DNA of 60,819 nucleotides, counting the filler, from Sphacelaria rigidula (taxonomy: Eukaryota), in assembly GCA_964200075.2 (NCBI GenBank). It is 5 parts of 5 records of this genome, joined end to end, with 100 filler letters (N's around TTAATTAATTAA, not from the genome) between each part and the next. Parts side by side here need not be neighbours in the genome. Positions count along the whole stretch, not along the records: positions 1 to 12,088 come from CAXNAA020004140.1; 4 more parts are not named here. The stretch is one strand, 5' to 3'. Numbering within the stretch: the stretch's first letter is position 1; the number at the start of each line of letters is the position of its first letter. The notes beneath the pieces are model-generated. The model ran no database searches, was not told the origin of the DNA, and worked only from the letters and a program-made list of their open reading frames with translations. The translations under genes and the position numbers were made by a program. Positions 1-12,188 of the stretch are shown here, piece after piece.

Positions 1-59
1 TTTTGAGTTGAACCTCATTTTTTTTTTCAACCCCATTTTCGAAAATCGGCTGTTAATAA

Positions 60-2113
60 TAGGTTTTCAGGTATCACCAAAATGCCCTGAACTCATGGGG
101 AAAAAATAAAACTTTTGGTACTTCAGTAATTTTCTTCATTATGCCCTATGCCCTGTCCATACCAAATTTCAGGGCCCAACTCCAAATGTATAAAAGAGCA
201 CGGGCCTGCAAACTTCAAATCCGCCTCTAGGCTGGCCCAGCTCGTAGTTCTTTTGTTTCTGAGCTGAACCCCCAACATGGTCGCCATACTACTCTCCTTG
301 TGTCACCGGTCTTTTCCTGGCACTTGTCCTTCATCATCTTTTGTTGCTCTTCTTTTCTCCCGTCCACATTCGGCAGATAACAGTGTTTTCGTGAGATTGA
401 GAGTAGATGCTACGATTGAGAGTGGCTTTGATCATCCCCTTGAAGGGAGTGATTTGTTTATTGAACGTGTGCTTTTCTTTACCTCCGCATGTGCTTACAG
501 CTACACGTCGATATCCTACCCAGGGATATCTAGGGCCTCAGTGGCCAGCAATTGCAAAATGCATGTTGGGCCTCGTGGAAGTGCATTTCGGAACTGAAAC
601 GATTCACTGATGGACCGGTTTTCACTCTCAATCGTATCGTCTACTCTCTATCTCACGAAAATACTGTTAGATGTGGCGTTTGTTGCTCTTGTCTTCAATC
701 TTCCTTTTTCCTCCCTGTTGAACTTAGGGGGTACTTCTCACCGGCTTTCGTGGTGTCGCTCTTTTTATTCTCTTCTTCAAGGGAATGTGTCTGGTAGAGA
801 ATAGCGGGGGCGGTATTAGAGAGACGAGCTTACGTCCGTGACTACGAGTTCGCGAGATCAGACTAACGTGCGGAAACAGTAATACTAATAATAATAATAA
901 TAGTGATGGTGACCTCCAGTGAAAACGTCGAGAATGCAAGTACGTGCGTGGATGTGAGCTGAAAACGTGCAGACGTATCTACTTGGTCCAAGTATCAAGA
1001 TATCTTTTCAGATGAGTTCCAGGTCAAGAAGGGAGAATTGGTATGAGATCTTGGAGTTTCTCCATCAAAAGTTGTACGTTTGTTCCGTGAACCACTCTGA
1101 GACGCATTGTGACCAGCTCTTCTCCTCAAGAGCTGGACCAGCCTGAAAAAAGCAGATTCAAGATCTAAAAGCAATATCTCATCGACACAAACGAGTTGGG
1201 CCCTGATCCGCATATCATCCTAATCGTTCAACCAAGAGGAATGTGCCCATCTGCTCAGAAGTTTGGGCCCACATTTTCTCGTTGATCAAACCACATGTCT
1301 AGTAATTCCTATACATAATGGAGGTGGCTTCCATACTAAAATCTCCGTGAAACCCCCGATCGATGCATTCAGCGGATGGCGACAAATTTTGATGTGGACA
1401 TTCTCTGGAGCAAGGGGAGACGACAGATGCCCGCACCCTCACCCGACTCATGATCTATCCCGAGAAAATTGGCATGGGGAATCACATAAGTGTGCTGAAG
1501 AACAAAGAATGGGCCCCCCCTTTTCTTTCATAGGGTTGCGGATGTTCTCGCAAAAGTTAGTCCTGACCATGGTAGAACGCCCTGAATCAGTGAATAAGCA
1601 AATCGACTCAACCCATTTCTTTTGGTTCATGATGCCGCAGAGAGCGCCCACGACAAACGTCAGTACACGAAAATCGACCGTGGGCCGATCAGTGGACTGC
1701 GAAATACTGTTCCGAATTTCTACCGACCCCGTTTTGGTACGGTCTTCTCCTCATGAGTCGGACGACAATCGGTTGTCAGGTATCGTGAACCCTGTAGAAA
1801 CTCGAGTGATGGCCCTTGTTGAGTGAATCTGTGTGAATCGGCATCATTCTGACTCGAAAAATGACTGAAAATCAAGTCAAAATGATGCCGATTCACCCAG
1901 ACAAAAACCAGCACTCCATGGGGGGTTTAGCTCCTCAAGGGTCAAGATGCCTTCAACTCAGAGAAAAAATAACCTCTAGATACTTCATCGATTTTTCTTG
2001 TCATGCCCCATACACTGTCGATAACCTATTCCAGGGCCCAATTCCAAATGTATAAAAAAGAGCATGTGCCCGCACACTCCAACTACGCCTCTGGGCTGGC
2101 GCAGCTAGTAGTG
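60..2113. repeat. Two diverged direct copies (~60-250 and ~1925-2113) of a probable transposon end
   Basis: Shared CAGGGCCCAAyTCCAAATGTATAAAA..GAGCA..CGCCTCTrGGCTGGCsCAGCTmGTAGT, plus further similarity upstream. Confidence 0.55.
380..667. mobile_element. MITE with ~45-bp terminal inverted repeats and TA flanks
   Basis: ACAGTGTTTTCGTGAGATTGAGAGTAGATGCTACGATTGAGAGTG at the left end and its near reverse complement CACTCTCAATCGTATCGTCTACTCTCTATCTCACGAAAATACTGT at the right end. TA on both sides. The same TIR recurs at ~48198, 48578 and 48738. Confidence 0.75.
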
Positions 2114-3501
2114 ATGTTGTACCGCCTTACCCGTTGTACTGAAACCCGCGGACGACGTTAGAGGTGTGAGAAACTTGCAACCCTAGCAAAGACAATTGTT
2201 CCATTTACTGCATCAATTCAATAGAGGGGTGAGAAACTTCAACCCTTGCGAAGAACACATTTTTCTCATTTGAAACTGCCGACGTCTTTCAACCCGGGCT
2301 TGTTCAACCTACATGAGAAAAAATCACGTCACTACCTGCCTCCTTCCGGTGTACCACGATTGAAACTCAGCCAACATCGAAGTCCACACCGAGACTTCCC
2401 GTGTTCTCAGGTGCAATTCAACTCCGTTAAAACCGATTCCGAATTATTTCTCCCGTTCGATTCTCGGGGTGACAAAACACGATTCGAGATATTCAAGCAT
2501 CGTGTTTCGGTGCAAATTGGGCCAGGAATTCGTTTTTATAACTTCGTAACAGTGTGGAGGGCCCTGATCTGTCAATCACTCTCTTCCACAGACTAGTTCG
2601 AGGGACGGCAGTATTATGAGCGCTCTTCCTCAGTAAATTACGAAGTCGAAAATTTCACTGGTCGGGGTTTCTAGCATTACGATTGGGAAACTTTGAAGTT
2701 GCCCAAGGTGATGTTGACTGTGCACCTCCAATAGAATGCACAACCACCGTTCGCCATGTACTGTACACCCGCTTGACGGGTCACCAGGTGGGTGTATCAC
2801 CTAAAATAAAAGTACCCACCCGAAGGATGAGGATGGGGTAGGGTCTTCCGCTACGAAGCTTGGTGAACACGATATATTCGGGTACTCGCTACTGTATACA
2901 ATGTGGAGCGTTCAAGATGCTGGTAGTCGCGACACCTTGTCACTTCAAGGCTGGACCATCACAGAGAGTTTTACCCCAAGGATCATACATGGATTCGCCC
3001 GTTCAGAGTCTCTGACGCACCCGGTCGATTCCGTTGCAATATCCAGGGCGGTTCAAAACGAGCGCCATCGTCACCTGACAATTTCTTACCAAGTCTCCAC
3101 AAAGGAGTTCCGAACGTTGCTCGCTGCTGTACACTACACATGGGTGGCTCCGAATAAAATCGTCATCAATGTTCTCAAGTGTGGATGAGGATTGGCTCAA
3201 TATTTACCTCAAATGTGGAGCATCAGAGTGAGCCCTGCGTGAAAGCCAGCTCAACAGAGCAACATCCACTGTACATATCTACAGGTGGCCAAGATTGACT
3301 CTTGCCATGTTCCGTCCTGGAAGTCAATCAAGGTCGACTCTATATTTCACAACTATCCCCACATCGAAAACTACAAGGAACCACTAATTCGGACATTGCA
3401 CGGAAAACTCCCACAATATGGTTGTAAGCTAGTTCGGGACGCGAAAAAAAAGTCGATATTCGCGCCCAACAATAACACTGAAGAAAATTCACAAGCAGAC
3501 G

Positions 3502-3603
3502 CTACCGAATATCAAAACCCTCCGAACGAAGGCAAGCCTTGTGGGCTTCAATGGCCTCCACACATTCCTCCTCTCCGTTCATGATCACACAGTCGTCTCG
3601 CAT
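3502..3603 (-). CDS. COX17: COX17 exon 2 (twin CX9C region and stop); not in the ORF track
   Basis: CCGCAG acceptor, then MRDDCVIMNGEEECVEAIEAHKACLRSEGFDIR*. In phase with exon 1, giving an 80-aa protein with the CC-x-CX9C...CX9C pattern and the HKxCLRxEGF end typical of Cox17. Intron 3604-8473. Confidence 0.93.
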   Translation of the reverse strand: MRDDCVIMNGEEECVEAIEAHKACLRSEGFDIR

Positions 3604-6600
3604 CTGCGGATGTTCGGAAGTTTCGGGGCCGGACGAAAACGGGAGAGCGGGCAGAGATCCAGGATGGACTTGAAACATGTTTCAGACACCCAAGACACAG
3701 TTTGAACATTCGAGCAACGTATGATGGACACTCATCGCCCTGCGCTTGTACTCTTCCTCCGTACCGCCGGGAAGCCCCATGTCCAAGGGAGCGCGAAACA
3801 GATTATATATGATGAAGCGAATCGAGCGACCTCTCGCCGTGACGGCCAGTCCGTGATTGTTTTGAAATGAGGGTTACACTCTGTCGACCCGCAATTCCCC
3901 CCCTTGAATACATCATAGACCCAGTTTTTTTAGCGTTGTTTGTTGGCTTGCTCCGGGGAACCGAACTAGTTCTCCGATTGTTTCGACTTTGACTCTTGGT
4001 TCATCAGTTCTTCGCCACGATCGGAACACTTCCGTTCTCCCCTGGAATCGGAGACTCAAATCAGGGAATATGCCGGCGGCGGGTCCTGATTTGGGCAAAA
4101 AGGGGAAGGACTTCGAAATTACGTCCAAAGCATCCGAGATTTGATCTGGTTTCCTCGGAGGCAACCGAGAAACATCAACCCACGGATTGAGGTCCGAGAA
4201 ATCGGTGCCCGGGGCAGACACGTCTGTCGCCAAGCTAAATTCCCCGTTCTTGTACACATCCGGAATGGTTGCCATTATCGTGATCAAGGACCTGTACAAG
4301 CATCACGATTGCTATTTTCAGATAAATGGGATGACTTTTGACGTTCACCTCGACATCGAGATTGGTTCATGTCCTGATCGGATCCACTCTACACGATCAA
4401 CGACTCTGGTAGGGTAAGCGGTATTTGCATCAGTCGTCAATCATCCGCTTGCTCGACCTTCGAATGATGTCAGCTACAAAGTCTCAGCCAGTCAGGGAAG
4501 GCGGGCCGTTTTCGTCAGAGGCGAAGTCAAATGTTGACAAACTCAGATCGGGCTAGAAGAAATGGCGTGACCCTCATCGTGACCAGCGAATAAACTTGGT
4601 AGTTATCATCTGGTATAGTGAAGGCAGAGGCTGCAAAAGCCCTCACTTCTCGAAAAAAAAACAAATGAATGGCCTCGGACGGATCAATTGGAGTCGTTGG
4701 ATCTTCAAAAGACGACGAGTCGTTAGGCTACAAGAGCTGCCGCGGCTCCCCTCCTTCAGAGTATCATCGTTGTTTTTATCCTCACTGGCCATTCGTCACT
4801 TCCTCCGTGTTTTGTTCTACAGCAACTGATCACTAGAACCTATCACTACAAGTGATGACCCGATAGAATTACAACCCCATCGTACACATGAGCCACGATT
4901 CCACCCCAACCCACCGACGTAGTCGCGAGGAGTGTCAGATGATCATTCGAGGCACCCAACGGTCAAGCTGGATGTGATATGGCGATTTCAACGAATTGGG
5001 GGTAAAACGATGAGGCGTGCTGAAACCACCATGGCAATCGAGATTTCATTCCGGCAGCTACTCCTCCTCTCCTTTCCTTCAAAGGAGGTAGGGAGCGGCA
5101 GGTTGATATTTTGATCATATGTTCAGGTTCCCCCATGACGCTTTGACCGCGACGGAAGTCCGTCTGGGACGTCAACAGATTTTCAAAGATTGATGCCGAT
5201 TCAGCACATGCCCCACTCTCGCTGCCCAAGCGTCGAATGAGCGAATCGCCGTGTATGATCACTTCAGGCGTCAATCCCATGCACGGCTCACAGCGGCATC
5301 CGTTTGCTCCTCATCCCAGCAGGTGATTTGTGAAAGACAGGACCACGGTCGGGTCGGCCGCGACGTGTGCAAGAAACGATTTCCGCTACGGTTGCGGTGG
5401 ATTCATGACAGGAATATGTCCCTCGAGCACGAGTTCCTCGAAGTGCCACGCGATTTTCAACGATGATGCCATGGCGTCGTTGAACATGTCGGAACTCAAC
5501 TCGACAAGCCACCAACGGGACGGAACGTCGGATTCGGATCACTTTCTTTACACGTTGTTGCTCAAAGACCAGTAGCCTCGGACGGATCAATTGGAGTGGT
5601 TGGATCTTCAGCAGGAAAAAGGCGGCAGACCCTGTAAGGCTCCCGTACCCGTTTCCCTCCGAAGTATCATCGTTAAGTTTTATCCTCACCGGCTTGGTGT
5701 ACCTCGAGACAGAGTATTGGGGGAAAAACATACGATTTGCATACTACCAGATCCCGAATACAACGGCGGGTCCATGTTCAATAAGCGTCACGAATCGGAG
5801 AAACAACGGAGTCGCAGTAAGCAGGCATCACTCCGTCATTGTCAGTACAGTAATTCGCAGAGGCGCTTCCAGATGGGGCTCAGTTCTCAAAGATTATATT
5901 ACTTTCCCACGATTTCATGTCGAGAAATAAGTTTTCGTCGTCATAGCCCCCTACAGTTCGAAAGATGTGAATATTCTTCTCCTGATTCAACACGGTGTAC
6001 CGTCGTTGTACAAAAATGGGGAAGACTGCCGGTCACATGTGACCCCTCGTATTCATTAATCGCACGGAGCCGTGTAAGTATGAGGCGCACGCATGCTTTA
6101 CATCACGCACACTTGGCTGTTGAAACGTAAATCGCGACAGGTGGGAACAGAGCAGGAGACAATCAGCGGAACGGTCGTTATCGATAACTGGCGCACATCA
6201 TTTTACACCCGGCTACTTACGGTGGGTTCAGGGGAAGGCGAGGGAAAGGAGCTCAGTTCTCAAAGATCATAGACTATTCCACCATATGATGTCAAGTCGA
6301 AGTTTGTGTCGATCATTGCTCCTCGGATTTTCTCCTGCCGCCAGCCGAATATGTTACCACGACCACTACATCAAACCGGACACGTCACGCGAAAAGTGAT
6401 CCTTAGCGATCAGGGTGTGGGGGTGTCGTCACCCCATCCAGAATAGACGCAAGTCTACACCTTGCGGTATATGTGGGCGTATCAGACGGGGTCACACAGC
6501 AGGAACGCCAACACATCTCTAATGGCTCAGATATTTCAAGTTCAAAAATATCTCGTTTCACGCGATGACATCGACATCTTCACGGTTGTTCCAGTACTAC

Positions 6601-8473
6601 GGTAGTGGGCGATAGAACTCATTTTCTTTCTCGTATCGAACTATTACCTACTCGTCGCACCAAGGCAGAAAAATCGTGTTTCCCCGTCAAAAACACCTTC
6701 CTGGAAGAAGGTAGTCACATCCATATCTCGGGAACACCAACCGTCCCACTCAATACCCTATTTACCAATCTGTTCGTGGCAAAATCTACCGACGTCAGCG
6801 ATTTCGAGTTCCATCGAAGAGCAGTACGCGAGGAGAGACAAGAGACGTACCTGGAAAGTTCAACCGCCCACTTTTGTACTGCGGCTCGGCAAGTCAGTTC
6901 CGACTTCTGCAAGGACTCGGATTACGGGAAAGGCGTGTTTACACTAGAAGTTTCACGTCTACATGCGGAGACGTCACGAGAGCCGTGACCGTAACGAGTT
7001 TGCCGAGCACTTGACGTCCCGCTGATGGTCCCACACAGAACAAACGAGAGGTCGTCGCCTCATGCTCAACTGATGCGCACCACCAGGAGCCGCGATCATA
7101 CACGCACGAGCTGACTACAGCTGCTTGTACAACCCGGAACACGCAAGAGGGGGCCGACAGGTGTCGTACAGACGGCACAATACGTCGGGACAATACGCTC
7201 CCAAGCAGACAGCTGAACCTGATTGACGTTGTGACAGGTGAGCCACTCATCACGCATCCCCCCGGCGAACAGTGTTCTTCGCGTACCGGCTAAAAATTCG
7301 TCGATCACCACTGATCGCTTCGAAAATCATAACCCCCGTTAGTCTATCCGATCCATGCTCTGGACGTGGCCATGAGGCCACTAGAGTAAATCGCTTTTGT
7401 CGCGAAATCGGCAAGACTAAAAAACCGCATCAAAACCGTTACTGTGTGTATTTTGACACGGGGGAAACGCGGCGGTTAGTTCAGTTGGTGGCGACCCGGT
7501 GGCGGTGTCTGGGTCCAAGGTAAAACCCGTATGCCGGCTCACGTCCGTCACCTCTGATACCGAAAGAGATGGCGTCTGAGGGCGACTTTTGTTTCACAAC
7601 TAGGCTATCCATTTCTTCTGTCGCCACGCGAGACCGGCGACGCGGTAGGCGGTCGTCTATTCGCCACACAGACAGTTCAGGCACGACTCACTCCTGTTGA
7701 ATCACCCTCCACGTGTGGGGGCCTGAACTACAACACGTTCAACATCATCCTCGACCACACATTTTCGTAGCTTGCTTCTCTGTTTCTGAAGGGCAGCGAA
7801 CATGGAGAGGCGCGCCAACTTGCTATTTTGGCTCCGAGTTTCAACCGAGGGTTGTGGTACACAGCTCAAGCTGGCAGATGGAAGCACCGTGTAGCTACAC
7901 ATAGTTTTCGTAGGGATCACTTATGCGATTGGAGGATGGCACCCTCAACCGCACCAGGTGATCATATTACAGGAAAAGAGCGCACACGGACGTCCTGCGA
8001 GGACGCAATTCCCCGCTCTTTTCTAGAACAAAAAAGTTTCAGCCGTCAGCCAGCTACAGCGGCTGATTGTCGTCACATCTTGAACGTTGTCGCTCAGACT
8101 GTCGACAAGAGGTCCTATGCACGGCGAGTGATGTCACCAGCTGCCATCGATGGGATTAAACTCGGCAGGACGACTTCCTGCGGTGGCGAAATGGCTTCAG
8201 CGGCAGCTGGGTAGGGTATGGTTTTCTACTGAATTTACAGTCCTGTACTTGTACAAACGTCACGTGTAGGTACTGGCATAAAAACAGGAAGGGTATCGCT
8301 TCACCTTGACTACGCAATGACGCTCGCGAAGTGGGCACCATCACCTGTGAAGATTGCACACAAGGCAACCGTCCAACGCCCTCTCTGCACACATCCAGTA
8401 ACTGTGTGAGCCTGCAGGCTACACACTGTACTTGCTGTATCGACTGCTCTACAAACTGACTGCGTCGACTCAC

Positions 8474-8614
8474 CGCTTTGGTGTCTGGACACGAACAGCA
8501 GATCTTCTTTCCAGACTTTCCCACCTTCGGCCCGCAAGCCTGACCTTCGGCATCGGTAGGGGTAGCTTGCGAGACTTCTGGTGGCTCTTCGGGCTTCGAA
8601 TCTGATGATCCCAT
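8474..8614 (-). CDS. COX17: Cytochrome c oxidase copper chaperone COX17, exon 1
   Basis: ATG at 8614 gives MGSSDSKPEEPPEVSQATPTDAEGQACGPKVGKSGKKICCSCPDTKA, containing the KICCxCPDTK copper-binding motif. Followed by a canonical GTGAGT donor, phase 0. Confidence 0.93.
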
Positions 8615-8975
8615 GCCAGCTGCTTGTGGCTGGCAAGTTGCGGCTCGGGAGTGACTGACTGAGTGCGAGTCGAGTATGACCTCTAAAGTGTCAAATGAAA
8701 TGCCATTACCCATGAATCTGCGGGTCCAAGTACTAAAGTGGACGAATGTGAAGATATGAGAGCTGACAGTCCCGTGCCGGAGATGGGGTTACGAGCGCGA
8801 GCGGTGCAGGAAACAAAGAGAGGGTGGCGCAGGTTGAGATATAAAGAACCGACCACCAATTCCAATCCTATTTGGGCTCGTTCTTTGAGTCGTAGACGTG
8901 TTTTTCTCGATAGCTATCACGGGGCATAGAGATCAAATACAGCAAGTGATCCCGCGGAGCTACCATCACAGGATC
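8615..8975. promoter_or_regulatory. Short head-to-head intergenic region, candidate bidirectional promoter
   Basis: Only 361 bp separate the COX17 ATG (-) and the inferred RbgA ATG (+). TATAAA at ~8840 and CCAAT motifs at ~8856-8866. Confidence 0.45.
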
Positions 8976-9412
8976 ATGAACCACGTACAACAGCAGAAGC
9001 ATAGCAGCAGGCACCATCCAATAGCCAGCGTAGCACGAACGCGACGACGCTCAGCAGTACCCACAGCATGCATCTCTGCAACTCTATTCTGTGCGCTGCA
9101 TGCTCTCTTCCCGCTGGGGGGCTACACCGCAGACGCTTTGGTTGTGATGCCTTCTGCAAGGGTGACTTCGTCTCTTGCGGCGACCCCGAGGGGTAGTGCC
9201 GCATCTTTGCCATGTGGGGGGCGGGCTAATAATGCGGGTGTAAGGCGTTGCTATGGTGGCAACAGTTGTGATCAATATATTAGTGGAGGTAGGCAAAAGC
9301 TGATTTGTCGGTCGAAGGTCGGTGACGTGGAGGGTATGGGGGACATCCCTGCAGAGGATGCGTTCGACATGGACAGACTAAATGCGCTTAAGGGGGAGCA
9401 TGTAATCAACTG
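8976..9412 (+). CDS. rbgA: RbgA/YlqF-family circularly permuted ribosome-biogenesis GTPase, exon 1 (targeting presequence and INW)
   Basis: MNHVQQQ..., then a hydrophobic signal-like stretch (ACISATLFCALHALF..ADA-L) and an S/A/R-rich transit-like region, ending GEHVIN-TG|GTGGGT. Splices in phase 2 to YPGH. The start codon is inferred. Confidence 0.75.
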
Positions 9413-10601
9413 GTGGGTACCGTAAATGAATGCATTGGGTAGGTTCAACCGGCAGGTGCAAAACTCTGTCTATTTTGTACTGTTGTGCTGCTGCTTAGGC
9501 TGTGTCGTTGATGGGTTACATTGCCATGAAAGAGCATTTTTTGTCTTCATGCACCCTTGAGAAAATGAATTGGAGGTTTGGCGGTGTCCGCGTCTGCGAT
9601 GACTGTCGAAATTGTACGTACGCTACAGAGCCTCCAGTGGGGGTTCCTTCGCGGACAACCGTCCAGCGCGTCAACTTTCACGTGAACCCAGGAGACTCTA
9701 CGAAACTGTCTGCTGGTGAATGAATCAGTGCCGCAATGTTTTCCTTGTATACAGCGGAGAGAATAAGGTGCGGTAGCACAGACGTAGGTGTGCGTCATCT
9801 GTCCACGATACAAAAAAGCGCACACCAACCGTCGTGTTACCAAAATACAAATAAGTTGAAGTAATAATACTCCTTAGCCCACAGAGAATTGTAGCTCGGA
9901 TCGATTGAATCTCATCCAAGTGAAGAGTGGCAATTATCTTCTCCACTTATCGGTAGGGCTGGGTACTAGACCAGTACACACTGGTGATACTACTTGTACC
10001 GCCAGTGTACTGGTACTGGACAGAGCAGCCAGTACTGCCAGTAGTATTCCCTATTTATGTACGTCCCGCCGTAACGCCTCATTATTCGATGGAAACTCAC
10101 CTAATTGCGCAGCAAGTGAAGCCGAGTCGTATTTTTGCTCCAGTGAAGCCAATTCGCGTAAAGTTCGCCTCCGGCGCGGTGCCTCCAGCGGGCTTTCGCC
10201 GCGGACCGCAACCCTACTTATCTACTTTTTCGTCACTTGCATGTTCTCGAATTTGAAAATCACAACTCATGGTCAGTTCGAAATCGGACTCTGCACGAAG
10301 CGATTTCGACTTTCCTGCAGCCCATCCTTCTGTGCTGCCCTCGCATATCAAGTACTCCAGAGCATTAGGCATGCCGTAAAGTAACGGTGTCGCAAATGCA
10401 GTAAAGCTTTCGACAGTTCCCGGGGACCCTGGAGTGTGTTCGTACAGTGGCATTTGCGAAACCGTCTTCGTTTACCGATCGTTCCCTCGTAACCCCGGCG
10501 TGTTTTCCACCTCTGAATTCCGAACCTGTGGTTTGCACCAACATCCGGGAATGGGAAAAACGTTCGTTGTGTCGGTGATGATCAAAATGCACGTGGTGAA
10601 G

Positions 10602-10739
10602 GTACCCGGGACATATCGCCAAGGCGGAACGACAGTTGCACGACTACCTCGGGATGGTGGATGTGGTGATCGAAGTACGAGATTGCCGCATCCCGGCCGC
10701 CACAACCCACCAGATGGTGCCAAAGTGGGTCGGCAAAAG
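10602..10739 (+). CDS. rbgA: RbgA/YlqF GTPase exon 2; this frame is not in the ORF track
   Basis: (W)YPGHIAKAERQLHDYLGMVDVVIEVRDCRIPAATTHQMVPKWVGK contains the WxPGH and D(A/C)RIP hallmarks of RbgA. The donor is probably AG|GCAAGA. Confidence 0.9.
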
Positions 10740-11456
10740 GCAAGAGAAGTTAGCACATGAACAGCCCGCTTTGACGGGATAGCCAATATGCATGTGTTGA
10801 GAAAAAGCAGCGAGTCGTGTCAATAGCTTGTAAAGGCTGCCTCGTTCTCGTCCCCCATGGTGTTGGTGGATGTATTCCTGCAGACACCGCACGCCGAATA
10901 GCTTTTGCCGTCTACTACGCCTCGTTAGGTACTTTTGGGGTATTCTTCCGCGAAATTCGCTTCAAATCATGGTTGAAAACAGTAACACGCTTGTCATCAC
11001 CAACAAGGGACACTCGTTCATTCTGCTTGACACTGTTTTCATCCAAATACAACCGCACTGCAAGTGTGTAAGATCATTTGACACACCTATGAACCCCTGT
11101 TTTTGTGGAACCACCCCCACCCCTCCCCCTCCTCTGTGGTAGGATGACAAAAAGGGACATATTTACTTTTCTTTTCGCGGCTATTATTGCATGTTCCTGC
11201 CCTTGCTGAGCGGGTGATTACCACATCCTGCGCTGCGGGATCTTTACCTCTGAGGGCGATGCCATGCTTACACCCTCTCGTGATTCCTCAGTTGCATACC
11301 GCTGAAGTTATTGTTCCTGTTGTCGTTGTTGTTGCTTTCACTGTTGGGGCTGTTGCTTCTGCTGTACGTAGACACCTCCTCCCCTCTCCCTTCTCGCCCT
11401 GCGCCGCTTGCTCTCGTCCTCCCTCTTGTGAACCATATTTGCGTCCACCATTTCAG

Positions 11457-11619
11457 ACCGCTGATCGTGGTATTGAATCGATTTGACACCGCTCCCGCGA
11501 TCGCCGTGGAACAGTGGCGGAAGTACCTGGTAGCAGAAGGAGGCTTGCGTGCGGATGACCGCGCGGGCAACGTACCCGTCTTTTGCGTCGACTCGAAGAG
11601 AGGCAAGGGGGTCCACGAG
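11457..11619 (+). CDS. rbgA: RbgA/YlqF GTPase exon 3; no further exons found before the contig end
   Basis: TTTCAG acceptor, then (R)PLIVVLNRFDTAPAIAVEQWRKYLVAEGGLRADDRAGNVPVFCVDSKRGKGVHE|GTACCT. Contains G4 (NRxD) and a G5-like region. Confidence 0.88.
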
Positions 11620-11794
11620 GTACCTATTACTAATTGATTTGTTACGGGGGGGCGGCCAATTGTGTGTGTTGTTTCGTTATTTGCTTGTTGATTCATTTTT
11701 TAATTCATTTACCATGAGACCCCCTTTTTTTTCTTTTAGTTCTTGTTTCCTTTCCTTCCATTTTCCTTTTCCTGCTCGTTTTTTTTTTTTTTTT

Positions 11795-11870
<76 letters not shown>

Positions 11871-12088
11871 TTATTCTTTTTTTTTCCCATATTTTGTCCC
11901 CCCCCCCCTCCATTTTGTTTTTTTATAGTGAGCTTTTCCATTTTGTTTACCTTCGGTACATGTAAGTTATGATCACGGCTGGGTCCTTCGGGGATAACTC
12001 AATGTGTGACTAATGCCGAGATAGCCCTCCCACAAAAAGTGCAGCGGAATCCGTCCGACAAACCGGCTGCGATCCCACTATTGGGCTC

Positions 12089-12188
12089 NNNNNNNNNNNN
12101 NNNNNNNNNNNNNNNNNNNNNNNNNNNNNNNNTTAATTAATTAANNNNNNNNNNNNNNNNNNNNNNNNNNNNNNNNNNNNNNNNNNNN
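12089..12188. other. Artificial contig linker (also 24273-24372, 36456-36555, 48638-48737)
   Basis: Identical 100-nt N-TTAATTAATTAA-N spacers with stops in all six frames. Segment lengths are 12088, 12084, 12083, 12082 and 12082. Confidence 0.97.

Noticed and set aside
7096-7920. Candidate COX17 exon 2 (MRDEW.. or LRKCVVED..)
   Set aside because: Both lack the required cysteines; the exon at 3502-3603 fits fully.
8156-8713. 185-aa single-exon protein
   Set aside because: Only 8474-8614 is COX17-like; the rest is UTR and intron read-through.
11677-11965. Poly-Phe / poly-Lys ORFs
   Set aside because: These are translations of a poly-T tract near the contig end, in intronic or low-quality sequence.
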